The notes under the pieces are model-generated. The model was not told where the DNA came from and did no database searches. It saw nothing but the letters and a program-made list of their open reading frames with translations. From contig MOYB01000003.1 in the NCBI GenBank assembly GCA_001899385.1, positions 1-24,000 of the forward strand: a stretch of DNA of 24,000 nucleotides, in the 5' to 3' direction. This document shows, one piece after another, positions 1 to 8,612 of this stretch. Source of the stretch: Candidatus Caenarcanum bioreactoricola. GTDB taxonomy: Bacteria > Cyanobacteriota > Vampirovibrionia > Caenarcaniphilales > Caenarcanaceae. The translations under genes and the position numbers were made by a program. The number at the start of each line of letters is the position of its first letter. Within the stretch, counting starts at the first letter, position 1.

Positions 1-6
1 TATTTT

Positions 7-44
7 GAGGGGGAGTAAGGGGGAGTAAGGGAGTAAGGGGTAAA
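7..44 (+). repeat. G-run tandem repeat: GA GGGGGAGTAA GGGGGAGTAA GGGAGTAA GGGGTAAA
   Basis: Read directly. There are four G-runs (5, 5, 3, 4) separated by identical 5-nt AGTAA spacers. The repeat lies beyond the tuf terminator and touches the window edge, so it may be truncated. Confidence 0.8.
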
Positions 45-48
45 TTAT

Positions 49-81
49 AAAAAAAAAGAGCATCTTATTTCAAGATACTCT
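49..81 (-). terminator. Rho-independent terminator of tuf
   Basis: The minus-strand RNA reads GAGUAUCUU-GAAAU-AAGAUGCUC: a 9-bp stem with one G-U pair (58-66 pairs with 72-80) and a 5-nt loop. It is followed immediately by a run of 9 U (A-run 49-57 on the plus strand). It sits 34 nt after the tuf stop codon. Confidence 0.8.
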
Positions 82-114
82 AGCTTATTAAAAATTAAAT
101 TGTTATAAAACTTA

Positions 115-1335
115 TTATTTAATTATTTCAGTAACAACACCTGCACCTACTGTTCTACCACCTTCACGAATTGAAAATTTCATTCCAACTTCAACAGCAA
201 TAGGACATATTAATTCAGCAGTCATTTGAATATTATCTCCAGGCATAACCATTTCTACGCCTTCTGGTAATTTAATATTTCCAGTAACATCTGTTGTACG
301 AACATAGAATTGAGGACGATATCCATTAAAGAAAGGAGTATGACGACCACCTTCTTCTTTCTTTAAAACATAAACTTCTGCTTTAAATATTGAATGTGGA
401 TTTATACTTCCTGGTTTACAAATAACTTGACCTCTTTCTATTTGTTCTTTATCAACTCCTCTAAGAAGTAAGCCTACATTGTCTCCAGCTTGACCTTCAT
501 CAAGAGTCTTTCTAAACATTTCAACTCCAGTAACAACTGTTTTCTTTCTTTCTTCAGTTATTCCAACTATTTCAACTTCTTCTCCGGTTTTAACCATTCC
601 TCTTTCAATTCTTCCAGTTGCAACTGTTCCTCTTCCTGTAATAGAAAATACATCTTCTACTGCCATTAATAGAGGTTTATCAATTTCACGTTGTGGAGTA
701 GGAATATCTTTGTCTACAGCTTCCATTAATTCATGGATTTTATCAACCCATTCATTTTCTCCGCGTTTAATTTTAGGATTTGCAATAAGTGCTTCTAAAG
801 CCATTTTTGCAGAACCTTTAATAATAGTTACATTATCACCATCAAACTTATATTTACTAAGAGTTTCACGAGTATCCATTTCAACAAGTTCTAAAAGATC
901 ATTGTCTACACTAGGATCATCTATTTTGTTAAGAAATACAACTAATCTAGGAACACCTACTTGACCTGCTAAAAGAATATGTTCTTTTGTTTGAGCCATA
1001 GGGCCATCTGTTGCAGCAATAACAAGAATAGCTCCGTCCATTTGTGCAGCACCAGTAATCATATTTTTAATATAGTCTGCGTGTCCTGGACAATCAACGT
1101 GAGCATAATGTCTCGTTTCTGTTTGATATTCAACGTGAGCTGTATTAATAGTAATACCACGAGCCTTTTCTTCTGGCGCGGCATCGATATCTTCATATTT
1201 TTTTGCTTCTGCTCCACCTATTGCCGCTAATGCCATTGTTATAGCAGCGGTTAAGCTTGTTTTACCATGGTCAACGTGACCTATTGTTCCGATATTAACG
1301 TGTGGCTTATTACGTTCGAACTTTTGACGAGCCAT
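115..1335 (-). CDS. tuf: Elongation factor Tu
   Basis: Full-length 406-aa ORF with G-domain motifs [16 protein letters not shown] and NKID, and the EF-Tu signature [21 protein letters not shown]. An AAGGA Shine-Dalgarno lies upstream of the ATG. Confidence 0.98.
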   Translation of the reverse strand: MARQKFERNKPHVNIGTIGHVDHGKTSLTAAITMALAAIGGAEAKKYEDIDAAPEEKARGITINTAHVEYQTETRHYAHVDCPGHADYIKNMITGAAQMDGAILVIAATDGPMAQTKEHILLAGQVGVPRLVVFLNKIDDPSVDNDLLELVEMDTRETLSKYKFDGDNVTIIKGSAKMALEALIANPKIKRGENEWVDKIHELMEAVDKDIPTPQREIDKPLLMAVEDVFSITGRGTVATGRIERGMVKTGEEVEIVGITEERKKTVVTGVEMFRKTLDEGQAGDNVGLLLRGVDKEQIERGQVICKPGSINPHSIFKAEVYVLKKEEGGRHTPFFNGYRPQFYVRTTDVTGNIKLPEGVEMVMPGDNIQMTAELICPIAVEVGMKFSIREGGRTVGAGVVTEIIK

Positions 1336-1377
1336 TCTTTGAATTCCTTTTTATAAAATTACAGATTAACTTTTAGT

Positions 1378-1386
1378 ATTCTATCA
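1378..1386 (-). promoter_or_regulatory. Candidate extended -10 promoter element for tuf (TGATAGAAT on the minus strand)
   Basis: The minus strand reads TG-A-TAGAAT about 45 nt upstream of the tuf ATG. No convincing -35 was found. This is sequence pattern only. Confidence 0.35.
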
Positions 1387-1442
1387 AAATATAAAAAGAA
1401 TTAGTATAATATCTTAAAATATTTTTAATTTTTAATAATTTT

Positions 1443-2603
1443 ATGTTTAACTTCAAATATCAAAATACAACTAAATTAATCTTTGGAAAAGACAAAATAA
1501 AAGAATTATCACAAGAAATTCCTATTAATAGTCGAATATTAGTATTATATGGAGGAGGAAGTATAAAGAAAAATGGTGTATATGACTCTGTTAAAGAAAC
1601 TCTTAAAGATTATACCATCTTTGAATTTGGTGGAATAGAAGCTAATCCAGGTTATGAAACTTTAATGAAAGCTGTAGAAATAGTAAAAAAAGAAAAAATA
1701 GATTTTTTACTTGCAGTAGGAGGTGGTTCTGTTCTTGATGGAACTAAGTTTGTCGCAATTGCTCCTTTTTCGGAAGGTGATCCTTGGGACTTTCTTACAG
1801 GCAAAGCTTCTCCTCAAAAAGCATTACCTATTGGTTCTATAATGACTCTCCCTGCAACTGGTTCAGAATCAAATTCAGGTGCGGTGATTACTCGTTATGA
1901 AACTAAAGATAAATTATTTTTTATTTCAAATCTTGTCTTTCCTAGATTTGCAATATTAGAGCCAGAAATAACTTATTCTTTGCCACAAAATCAAACGATT
2001 AATGGTATAGTAGATGCTTTTGTTCATATAATGGAGCAATATTTAACTTTTAATGTAAATTCTCCAGTTCAAGATGGTTTCTCAGAAACTCTTTTAAAAA
2101 CACTTATAGATTCAGCTCCTAAAATTTTAAAAAATCCAAAAGATTATGATACAAGAGCAAATATAATGTTTTCTGCAACTTTAGCACTTAATGGTTTAAT
2201 AGGAATAGGAGTGCCTCAAGATTGGACTACACATATGATTGGGCATGAAATAACTGCAAGGCACGGATTAGATCATGCTATTACTTTAGCAATTATTTTA
2301 CCTGCTGTTATGAAGATAAGAAGAAAGCAAAAAAGAGAAAAGCTTATTCAATATGCTAAAAATGTATGGAATATTCAAGAAAACAATGAAGAAAAGCTTA
2401 TAGATTTAGTAATAGAAAAAACTGAGAATTTCTTTCAAAGTTTAGGAATAAAAACTTATCTTTCTGATTACAATATAAAAGAAAATGATATAAACGAAAT
2501 CCTTAAAAAGCTTGAAGAACATGGAATGACGGCTTTAGGAGAAAATAAAGATATTACAATAGATATTAGTAAAGAGATTTTAAAGACTGCTTTATCTAAA
2601 TAA
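1443..2603 (+). CDS. Iron-containing (group III) alcohol dehydrogenase, YqhD/BdhA-like
   Basis: 386-aa ORF. It has the N-terminal F..P..I.FG pattern, the LAVGGGSVLDGTKF glycine-rich NAD(P)-binding motif, and conserved His-containing motifs (HMIGHEITARHGLDHA) typical of Fe-ADH. Confidence 0.9.
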   Translation: MFNFKYQNTTKLIFGKDKIKELSQEIPINSRILVLYGGGSIKKNGVYDSVKETLKDYTIFEFGGIEANPGYETLMKAVEIVKKEKIDFLLAVGGGSVLDGTKFVAIAPFSEGDPWDFLTGKASPQKALPIGSIMTLPATGSESNSGAVITRYETKDKLFFISNLVFPRFAILEPEITYSLPQNQTINGIVDAFVHIMEQYLTFNVNSPVQDGFSETLLKTLIDSAPKILKNPKDYDTRANIMFSATLALNGLIGIGVPQDWTTHMIGHEITARHGLDHAITLAIILPAVMKIRRKQKREKLIQYAKNVWNIQENNEEKLIDLVIEKTENFFQSLGIKTYLSDYNIKENDINEILKKLEEHGMTALGENKDITIDISKEILKTALSK

Positions 2604-2663
2604 GGGAGTTTTTGCTTATAGTTAAAATATTTGTCAATACCAAATAAAAATTAAAATTTAAAC

Positions 2664-3029
2664 TCAGGCATTAAAGAATTTATTTAATAAAGGTCTTAAG
2701 TTCTCAGGTAAAAGATCTCTTATTTCAGAGAATTCTATAAATTCTTTTTGAGATAGATGTCTAGTTGTTGAAATAGCTTCTCCTTGTTTATCTAACAAAG
2801 GGATCACTCTATTGAAATCTTCTCTTGGTTTTAATACGTAATGGACTTTGTCAATTGTAATATCAGGATTCATATCATGTGTTTTAAGAAATTTTTTTAA
2901 TTGTGATAATTTTACAACAGCTATTTTGTCTGGACCTATTTTATGTACTTTAGGACGAAGAAAAGATAAAAGACCCTTAAGAGTTCTTTTATTTTTTAAA
3001 GTAATAATTGATTTTAATCTTATATTCAT
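2664..3029 (-). CDS. Hypothetical basic protein (121 aa)
   Basis: Clean ATG-initiated ORF that fills the gap between neighbouring genes. I recognise no motif. Lys-rich, with no signal peptide. Confidence 0.5.
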   Translation of the reverse strand: MNIRLKSIITLKNKRTLKGLLSFLRPKVHKIGPDKIAVVKLSQLKKFLKTHDMNPDITIDKVHYVLKPREDFNRVIPLLDKQGEAISTTRHLSQKEFIEFSEIRDLLPENLRPLLNKFFNA

Positions 3030-3192
3030 AATAATTTTATTTTAAAAGATTTAAATAATTATAATATACATATACATTATTGTTAAATTTAAGTGCTTCC
3101 CTGAAATAAAGAGTAAATAACCTAAAATAGTTTGATTAATCATCCAAATTGTGGATTAAAAATTTTAATAAAACAAAATTCTATTTAAAAAT

Positions 3193-3942
3193 ATGTCTTT
3201 AACTTCTACTAATGATCCATATTTTTTAGCATCTAATAATTCAAGTGTTTTTTCAAATAAAACAACTAATTTTGAAGATGCCTTAGAAAAATTAAATCAA
3301 GTATCTAGTCTTAATAATTCTTCTACAGATTATTATGATTTAGATGAAAAAGATGTACAGTCAATATTAAATAAACTTGGAACTTTTTTAGATAAAAATA
3401 CAGAAAAAGATACTGATAATGATTCTGTTTTAGGAAAAGGTGAATCTAAAGAAGTAGATGATTCTGTAAAAAATATAATTAAAGATCCAAAGAAAAGTAT
3501 AAAGGCTTTAGGCTTACCTTCAAATTTTAATCTTAGTATACCTAAAGTACATACTCTTGTTCCAAATTTTGGAGATTTTACAGGTCTAACTTCAATGTCT
3601 GTAGATATAACTGTTTCCGGACTTTATAAACAACTTCAACAATTATATTCTGTTCAAAATTACTTAGATTCTACCGATTGTAAGCCTGCTGGCGGTTTTT
3701 CTTATATAAAAGGTAGACCTGCTTATAAGGATGATACTCCTGAAGGAAAGAAAATGCAAGATCAAGTTTTTGCTGCTTTAAAAAATGAAATTTTAAATCA
3801 ACTAACAAAGCTTATTCAACAAATTGATGTAATGACAAAAGGACTTCAACAACAACAACAAATGGCTGAAAGTTTTAGAAAATTCCAAGATAGTGCAGTA
3901 GCAAAAGCTATTAAAAAAGCTTCTGGAGGCGGTAACGCTTAA
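3193..3942 (+). CDS. Hypothetical Asn/Ser/Gln-rich protein (249 aa)
   Basis: ATG ORF with no competing frame. No signal peptide or transmembrane segment. The C-terminus looks coiled-coil-like with a QQQQQ run. No family recognised. Confidence 0.55.
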   Translation: MSLTSTNDPYFLASNNSSVFSNKTTNFEDALEKLNQVSSLNNSSTDYYDLDEKDVQSILNKLGTFLDKNTEKDTDNDSVLGKGESKEVDDSVKNIIKDPKKSIKALGLPSNFNLSIPKVHTLVPNFGDFTGLTSMSVDITVSGLYKQLQQLYSVQNYLDSTDCKPAGGFSYIKGRPAYKDDTPEGKKMQDQVFAALKNEILNQLTKLIQQIDVMTKGLQQQQQMAESFRKFQDSAVAKAIKKASGGGNA

Positions 3943-3950
3943 TAAATAAT

Positions 3951-4772
3951 TTATCTTAAAATCAAAACTTTTTTAACAGTAGATGTATCTTCAAAAAGTC
4001 TTACAAATATTTCAAGTTCTGAATTGTTTTTATCTTTTCTTATTTTTATTACTTTACCAAATGGATAAGCACTAGGGAAAACTCTTGGAAAAATCTCAGT
4101 TGCAGAAATACTTGAAGTTTGAACAATATCACCTTTTTTAATATCAGAACCTATTGGAACAAATCGTAATTTTGCTATTTGTAAATTATCTGTACCGAAG
4201 ATTATACCTGTTACTTTAGATCTACTTATTTCAGCACCAAATTTAACTTGATTTTCTCTAATTAAAGAAACAATAGAATAAGTTTTTTCAACACGACTAA
4301 TTTGACCTAATATACCTTTGTCTGTAACAGCAATCATACCTACTTTTAAACCTTCATTAAAACCTTTATCTATTATTAATTCCTTATACCAATTATTAGG
4401 AGAACGAGAAACTACTTTTGCTAAAATTGCATTATTAAATTTATCTTTTTTTAATTTATAAAGTTTTGCTAAATAATCATTATCTTTAATTATTTGTCTC
4501 ATTATTTCAATATCTTTTTCATATTCAGAAAGTTTTTTTTCTAAAATTTTGTTTTTAAAATATTCTTTTTCAAAAGCCTTTTTTGAATCTAAAAATCTAT
4601 TGAAATTATAAGAAACAAAATCCGATGTTTTTTCATTTCTAGAGCTTATATTGCTAAAAACAGAAGGGTAAAATTCTTTAAATAAAAATGCAGATAAAAT
4701 ACCTAAGACTGTAGCACTAATACAAACTAAAAATATTTTCATCCAATTTAATTTAGATTTTTTATTAATCAC
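3951..4772 (-). CDS. mreC: Rod shape-determining protein MreC
   Basis: N-terminal membrane anchor (IFLVCISATVLGILSAFLF), then a coiled-coil segment, then MreC beta-domain patterns (A.VV.RSP.NW...IIDKG...G...GM.V....G..G.I..V...S.V.LI). The track start is GTG at 4772. An in-frame ATG at 4742 is an alternative start. Confidence 0.8.
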   Translation of the reverse strand: MINKKSKLNWMKIFLVCISATVLGILSAFLFKEFYPSVFSNISSRNEKTSDFVSYNFNRFLDSKKAFEKEYFKNKILEKKLSEYEKDIEIMRQIIKDNDYLAKLYKLKKDKFNNAILAKVVSRSPNNWYKELIIDKGFNEGLKVGMIAVTDKGILGQISRVEKTYSIVSLIRENQVKFGAEISRSKVTGIIFGTDNLQIAKLRFVPIGSDIKKGDIVQTSSISATEIFPRVFPSAYPFGKVIKIRKDKNNSELEIFVRLFEDTSTVKKVLILR

Positions 4773-4857
4773 TTTTTAAATATTTTTTTGATTTGTTCAA
4801 TATAATAATATATTAAGAAAGTTTTGAAAAAAATATAATATTTAGAGGTTTAAAATT

Positions 4858-5499
4858 TTGGAAGATAAAAAAAATGTACATATAGGTACTAGAATAATTC
4901 TAACTAAAGATCTTGATAATCTAAAAAAAGAAATTTTATTCCTTGGTAATAAATGCTGTGAATCAATAGCTATTTGTATATCTTCTTTATTAAATTACGA
5001 TAAAATCTTAGAGGAAAAAATTAAAAATAATCATCTATATATAAAAGATTTATGTTTAAATGTTGAAAATAAAATTTTTTTAATATTAAGTTTACAACAG
5101 CCTTTATTAAAAGATTTAAGACTTGTGATAAGTACATTAAGTATGTGTCATCAGTTCTATAGAATAAGTGATATCTGTGAAAATCTTGTTTATATAAGTG
5201 AACTACTTGAAAAATCATTAAAACCAGAAGAACTTATTCTTTTAAATGAAAATAGTCAATCGTTATTAAAAGATTCTTTGATTGCTTTTGAAACATTTTC
5301 ACTTGATTTTATAAATGAATTAATGCAAAAAGAAAACAATTATCAGATTATACAAGACAACTGTTTACAAAAAATAACAAAAAATAATTTTGAAATTCAT
5401 ATATTCAATTATTTAAAGCTTTTAGAAAGACTTTTTCTTGCTATTTCTTCAATACAAAAAGAAATATATTTTATAAACTCTGGAATAAGAAAGATTTAA
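4858..5499 (+). CDS. PhoU-family protein (divergent)
   Basis: TTG start preceded by AGAGG. It has a two-repeat PhoU-like helical pattern. The core QQPLLKDLRLVISTLSMCHQFYRISDICENL aligns with the PhoU RQPVASDLR....I..LERIGDHA.NIA motif, but the acidic metal-binding residues are largely replaced. Confidence 0.65.
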   Translation: MEDKKNVHIGTRIILTKDLDNLKKEILFLGNKCCESIAICISSLLNYDKILEEKIKNNHLYIKDLCLNVENKIFLILSLQQPLLKDLRLVISTLSMCHQFYRISDICENLVYISELLEKSLKPEELILLNENSQSLLKDSLIAFETFSLDFINELMQKENNYQIIQDNCLQKITKNNFEIHIFNYLKLLERLFLAISSIQKEIYFINSGIRKI

Positions 5500-5519
5500 A
5501 GCTATTTCAGATTTTGCTC

Positions 5520-5548
5520 TTGATAAAGATTTTTTTATTTGTTAGAAT
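5520..5548 (+). promoter_or_regulatory. Sigma-70-type promoter for rpsQ-rplN (TTGATA-N17-TAGAAT)
   Basis: -35 TTGATA at 5520-5525, an exact 17-nt spacer, and -10 TAGAAT at 5543-5548, which ends 27 nt upstream of the rpsQ ATG. This is sequence pattern only. Confidence 0.5.
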
Positions 5549-5575
5549 TCTTATTCAGTTATCATTTAATTATAT

Positions 5576-5848
5576 ATGCAGGATAAGGATCAAAATAAAG
5601 AGTGCGAAAAATACAGAAAGAATTTTTCTGGAAAAGTTGTGAGCACTAAAATGGAAAAAACTATTACAGTCTTGATTGAAAGACAAATACAAGATAAAAA
5701 ATATAAAAAAATAGTTAAAAGACGCAAAAAATTATTAGCTCATGTACCTGATGGTTTAGTATGCGCAGAAGGTGATTTTGTAACTATAGAATCATGCAGA
5801 CCTATTAGCAAGAATAAATCTTTTATATTAAAGTCTATAAATAAATAA
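5576..5848 (+). CDS. rpsQ: 30S ribosomal protein S17
   Basis: The motif G.VVS.KM.KTI.V...R......YKK.V.R.KK..AH and the C-terminal E.CRPISK.KSF motif are characteristic of S17. It has an N-terminal extension of about 15 aa. Confidence 0.92.
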   Translation: MQDKDQNKECEKYRKNFSGKVVSTKMEKTITVLIERQIQDKKYKKIVKRRKKLLAHVPDGLVCAEGDFVTIESCRPISKNKSFILKSINK

Positions 5849-5864
5849 TTTTAAGGAGAAAATA

Positions 5865-6242
5865 ATGATTCAACAAGAAACATGGCTAGAAGTAGCAGAT
5901 AATAGTGGAGCAAAAAAGCTTGAGTGCATTCGTGTTCTTAAAACTGGAAGTGGAGAAGGAAAAGCAGTTGGAAATGTTGGCGACGTAATAGTTGCTGCTG
6001 TTAAATCTGCAGAACCTAAATCTTCTGTAAAAAAAGGTAGTGTTGTAAAAGCTGTAATCGTAAGAGTTAGAAAACGCAAAAGAAGAAAAAATGGTTCAGT
6101 TATTTCTTTTGACGAAAATGCGGCTGTACTTATAAATGATAAATTAGAACCTATTGGTACTCGTATTTTTGGACCTATTGATAGAGGGTTAAGAGAATTT
6201 GGTTTTGCTAAAATATTATCTTTAGCTCCTGATGTTGTTTAA
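5865..6242 (+). CDS. rplN: 50S ribosomal protein L14
   Basis: [15 protein letters not shown]...CIRVL ... FDENAAVLI....EP.GTRIFGP..R.LR...F.KI.SLAP.V is a canonical L14 sequence. A strong AAGGAG Shine-Dalgarno sits at 5853-5858. Confidence 0.97.
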   Translation: MIQQETWLEVADNSGAKKLECIRVLKTGSGEGKAVGNVGDVIVAAVKSAEPKSSVKKGSVVKAVIVRVRKRKRRKNGSVISFDENAAVLINDKLEPIGTRIFGPIDRGLREFGFAKILSLAPDVV

Positions 6243-6259
6243 CTTTTACTTTTCTTTTT

Positions 6260-6778
6260 ATGAAATTTTTAAAATATTTATTTCGTCTAAAGCCTGATTT
6301 TTCTATAGATGGAATAATCACTGATTTAAGTATAGAAATTTTAAAGAATAATAATATAAAAGGTTTAATCTTAGATCTTGATAATACTATAATTGCTTCT
6401 AAAGCCGGCATTTTAGATGATGAAATTAAATCTTGGTTAAAACAAGCTCAAAATAATGAAATTAAATTAATTGTTGTTAGTAATAATAATAATAGTACTT
6501 ATCTAAAACAAATAGAACCTATATTAAAAGAATTAGATATAGAATTAATTGGAAAAGCTTGTAAACCTTTTAGTAAAAATTTAAAAAAAGCAATTCAAAT
6601 ACTTGATTTACCAGTTGAAAATATATGTTTAATAGGTGATAGAGTTTTAACAGATATATTAGGTGGAGTGAATTTAAATATGAAAACAGCTCTTGTTAAG
6701 CCTCTTATAGGAGATAAAGAAAATATTATATATAAAAATTTAAGGAAATTAGAATATATTTTCTTGTATAAAAGTTAA
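6260..6778 (+). CDS. yqeG: YqeG-family HAD-IIIA phosphatase
   Basis: HAD motif I LDLDNT, motif II VVSNN, and K...GDR..TDI..G (motifs III/IV), with overall length and layout typical of the YqeG/GEP4-like subfamily. Confidence 0.85.
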   Translation: MKFLKYLFRLKPDFSIDGIITDLSIEILKNNNIKGLILDLDNTIIASKAGILDDEIKSWLKQAQNNEIKLIVVSNNNNSTYLKQIEPILKELDIELIGKACKPFSKNLKKAIQILDLPVENICLIGDRVLTDILGGVNLNMKTALVKPLIGDKENIIYKNLRKLEYIFLYKS

Positions 6779-6788
6779 AATTAATTAA

Positions 6789-8597
6789 ATGAATACAGAA
6801 TCAATAAGAAATTTTTCAATAATAGCTCATATAGATCATGGTAAATCAACACTTGCAGATAGACTTCTTGAATATACGGGTACTATAAGCAAAAGAGATA
6901 TGGAAGAACAAGTTCTTGATAATCTTGACTTGGAAAAAGAAAGAGGCATTACTATAAAGCTTCAAACAGCCCGAATGGACTATAAAGCTAAAGATAAAAA
7001 AAATTATATAATAAATCTTATTGATACACCTGGGCATGTTGATTTTAGTTATGAAGTTTCTAGAAGCTTAGCTGCTTGTGAAGGGGCTTTGCTTGTAATA
7101 GATGCATCTCAAGGTATAGAAGCACAAACACTTGCAAATGTTTTTATTGCTTTTGAAAATAATCTTGAAATAATTCCTGTTATAAATAAAATAGATCTTC
7201 CCTCTGCTGATATAGAAAGAACTAAAAAAGAAATAGAAAGTGTAATAGGCATAGATGCAGATAATGCAATTCTTGTTAGTGCAAAAACTGGTATTGGTAT
7301 AGAAGAATTATTTGAAGCTATTATTGAAAGAGTCCCTCCCCCTAGAAATAATGCACAAAGCCCTCCTAGAGCATTGATTTTTGATAGTTATTATGATCCT
7401 TATAGAGGTATTGTAACTGTTGTAAAAATAATTGATGGTTGCCTTAAAAAGGGTGATAAAATCAAGCTTATGGCAGCAGCTCCTAATGAAGAATTTGAAA
7501 TTTTAGAATTAGGATTTTTAAAGCCAAAACAAATAGAAACTTCTAGTTTAGCTTGTGGAGAAGTAGGTTATATTGCTGCTTCTATAAAATCTATTTATTC
7601 TCTTGTAGGAGATACTATTACATTAAAAGAACATGGTGCAAAAGAAGCTTTGCCTGGTTATAAAGCAGCAGTACCTTTAGTATTTTGCGGTATTTATCCT
7701 ATAAATTCTATTGACTATCATAATCTTAAAGATGCTCTTGAAAAACTAAGACTTAATGATAGTTCTATAACTGCTGAGCCTGAAACTTCTGCTGCATTAG
7801 GTTTTGGTTTTAGATGTGGATTCTTAGGCTTACTTCATATGGAAATTGCTAAAGAACGTCTTGAACGAGAATATAATCTTGATTTAATAGCAACAGCACC
7901 AAGTGTAATTTATAAAATAACCACAACAAAAGGTGAAATTCTTGAAATAGATAATCCTTGTAATTTACCAGAGCCAATGTTAAGAGAAAAAATAGAAGAA
8001 CCTTGGGTAAAAGCAACTATTAATTGTCCTCCTGAATATGTTGGTACTTTAATGGATTTATGCCAAGATCGTAGAGGAATTTTTTCAAATATGGAACATA
8101 GTGGAGAAAGAAAAGTTTCTTTGTTTTATGAATTACCTTTAGGAGAAATCTTAACAGACTTCTTTGATCAACTTAAATCTCGTTCTAAAGGTTATGCAAC
8201 TTTAGATTATGAACAAATTGGTTATAAAGAAGGGGATTTAGTGCGTATGGACATAAAGCTTGCAGGAGAAAATGTTGATGCTTTTTCGGTTATAACACAT
8301 CAAAGTAAAGCTTTTTATTTAGGAAGAAAACTTACAAAAAAATTAAAAGAAATTATACCAAAACAACTTTTTGAGGTAGCAATACAAGCAGCTATAGGAA
8401 GTAAGGTCATTGCAAGAGAAACTATCTCAGCCATGAGAAAAAATGTTTTAGCAAAATGTTATGGTGGAGATATAAGTAGAAAAAGAAAACTTCTTGATAA
8501 ACAAAAAGAAGGAAAGAAAAAGATGAAAGCAATAGGAAGTGTAGAAGTTCCACAAGAAGCTTTTCTTGCAGTTTTGAAAACAAGCGAAGAAAATTAA
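6789..8597 (+). CDS. lepA: Translation elongation factor 4 (LepA)
   Basis: 602 aa. G motifs [17 protein letters not shown] and NKIDL are present. The LepA-specific C-terminal domain is also present ([36 protein letters not shown]). Confidence 0.98.
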   Translation: MNTESIRNFSIIAHIDHGKSTLADRLLEYTGTISKRDMEEQVLDNLDLEKERGITIKLQTARMDYKAKDKKNYIINLIDTPGHVDFSYEVSRSLAACEGALLVIDASQGIEAQTLANVFIAFENNLEIIPVINKIDLPSADIERTKKEIESVIGIDADNAILVSAKTGIGIEELFEAIIERVPPPRNNAQSPPRALIFDSYYDPYRGIVTVVKIIDGCLKKGDKIKLMAAAPNEEFEILELGFLKPKQIETSSLACGEVGYIAASIKSIYSLVGDTITLKEHGAKEALPGYKAAVPLVFCGIYPINSIDYHNLKDALEKLRLNDSSITAEPETSAALGFGFRCGFLGLLHMEIAKERLEREYNLDLIATAPSVIYKITTTKGEILEIDNPCNLPEPMLREKIEEPWVKATINCPPEYVGTLMDLCQDRRGIFSNMEHSGERKVSLFYELPLGEILTDFFDQLKSRSKGYATLDYEQIGYKEGDLVRMDIKLAGENVDAFSVITHQSKAFYLGRKLTKKLKEIIPKQLFEVAIQAAIGSKVIARETISAMRKNVLAKCYGGDISRKRKLLDKQKEGKKKMKAIGSVEVPQEAFLAVLKTSEEN

Positions 8598-8612
8598 TTT
8601 AATATTTTATAT

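Noticed and set aside
710-1230. ORFs 710..964 (+) and 979..1230 (+), antisense to tuf
   Set aside because: They lie entirely inside and opposite the unambiguous EF-Tu frame. They have low-complexity Ser/Ile/Cys-rich translations and no start context. These are shadow ORFs.
1336-1442. Promoter for the alcohol dehydrogenase gene (TATAAT at 1405-1410)
   Set aside because: A perfect -10 hexamer exists but no acceptable -35 lies at 16-18 nt. In sequence this AT-rich a lone TATAAT is not informative enough to report as a feature.
2848-7037. Short ORFs 2848..3045 (+), 5021..5218 (-), 5870..6079 (-), 6208..6411 (-), 6846..7037 (-)
   Set aside because: Each overlaps a better-supported gene on the opposite strand (the 121-aa ORF, the PhoU-like gene, rplN, rplN/yqeG, lepA). 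All have AT-rich low-complexity translations with no recognisable motifs.
8598-8612. Searched for a terminator between convergent lepA and the giant RTX gene
   Set aside because: The gap is only 15 bp of AT-rich sequence, with no stem-loop possible. I cannot say how transcription of either gene ends.
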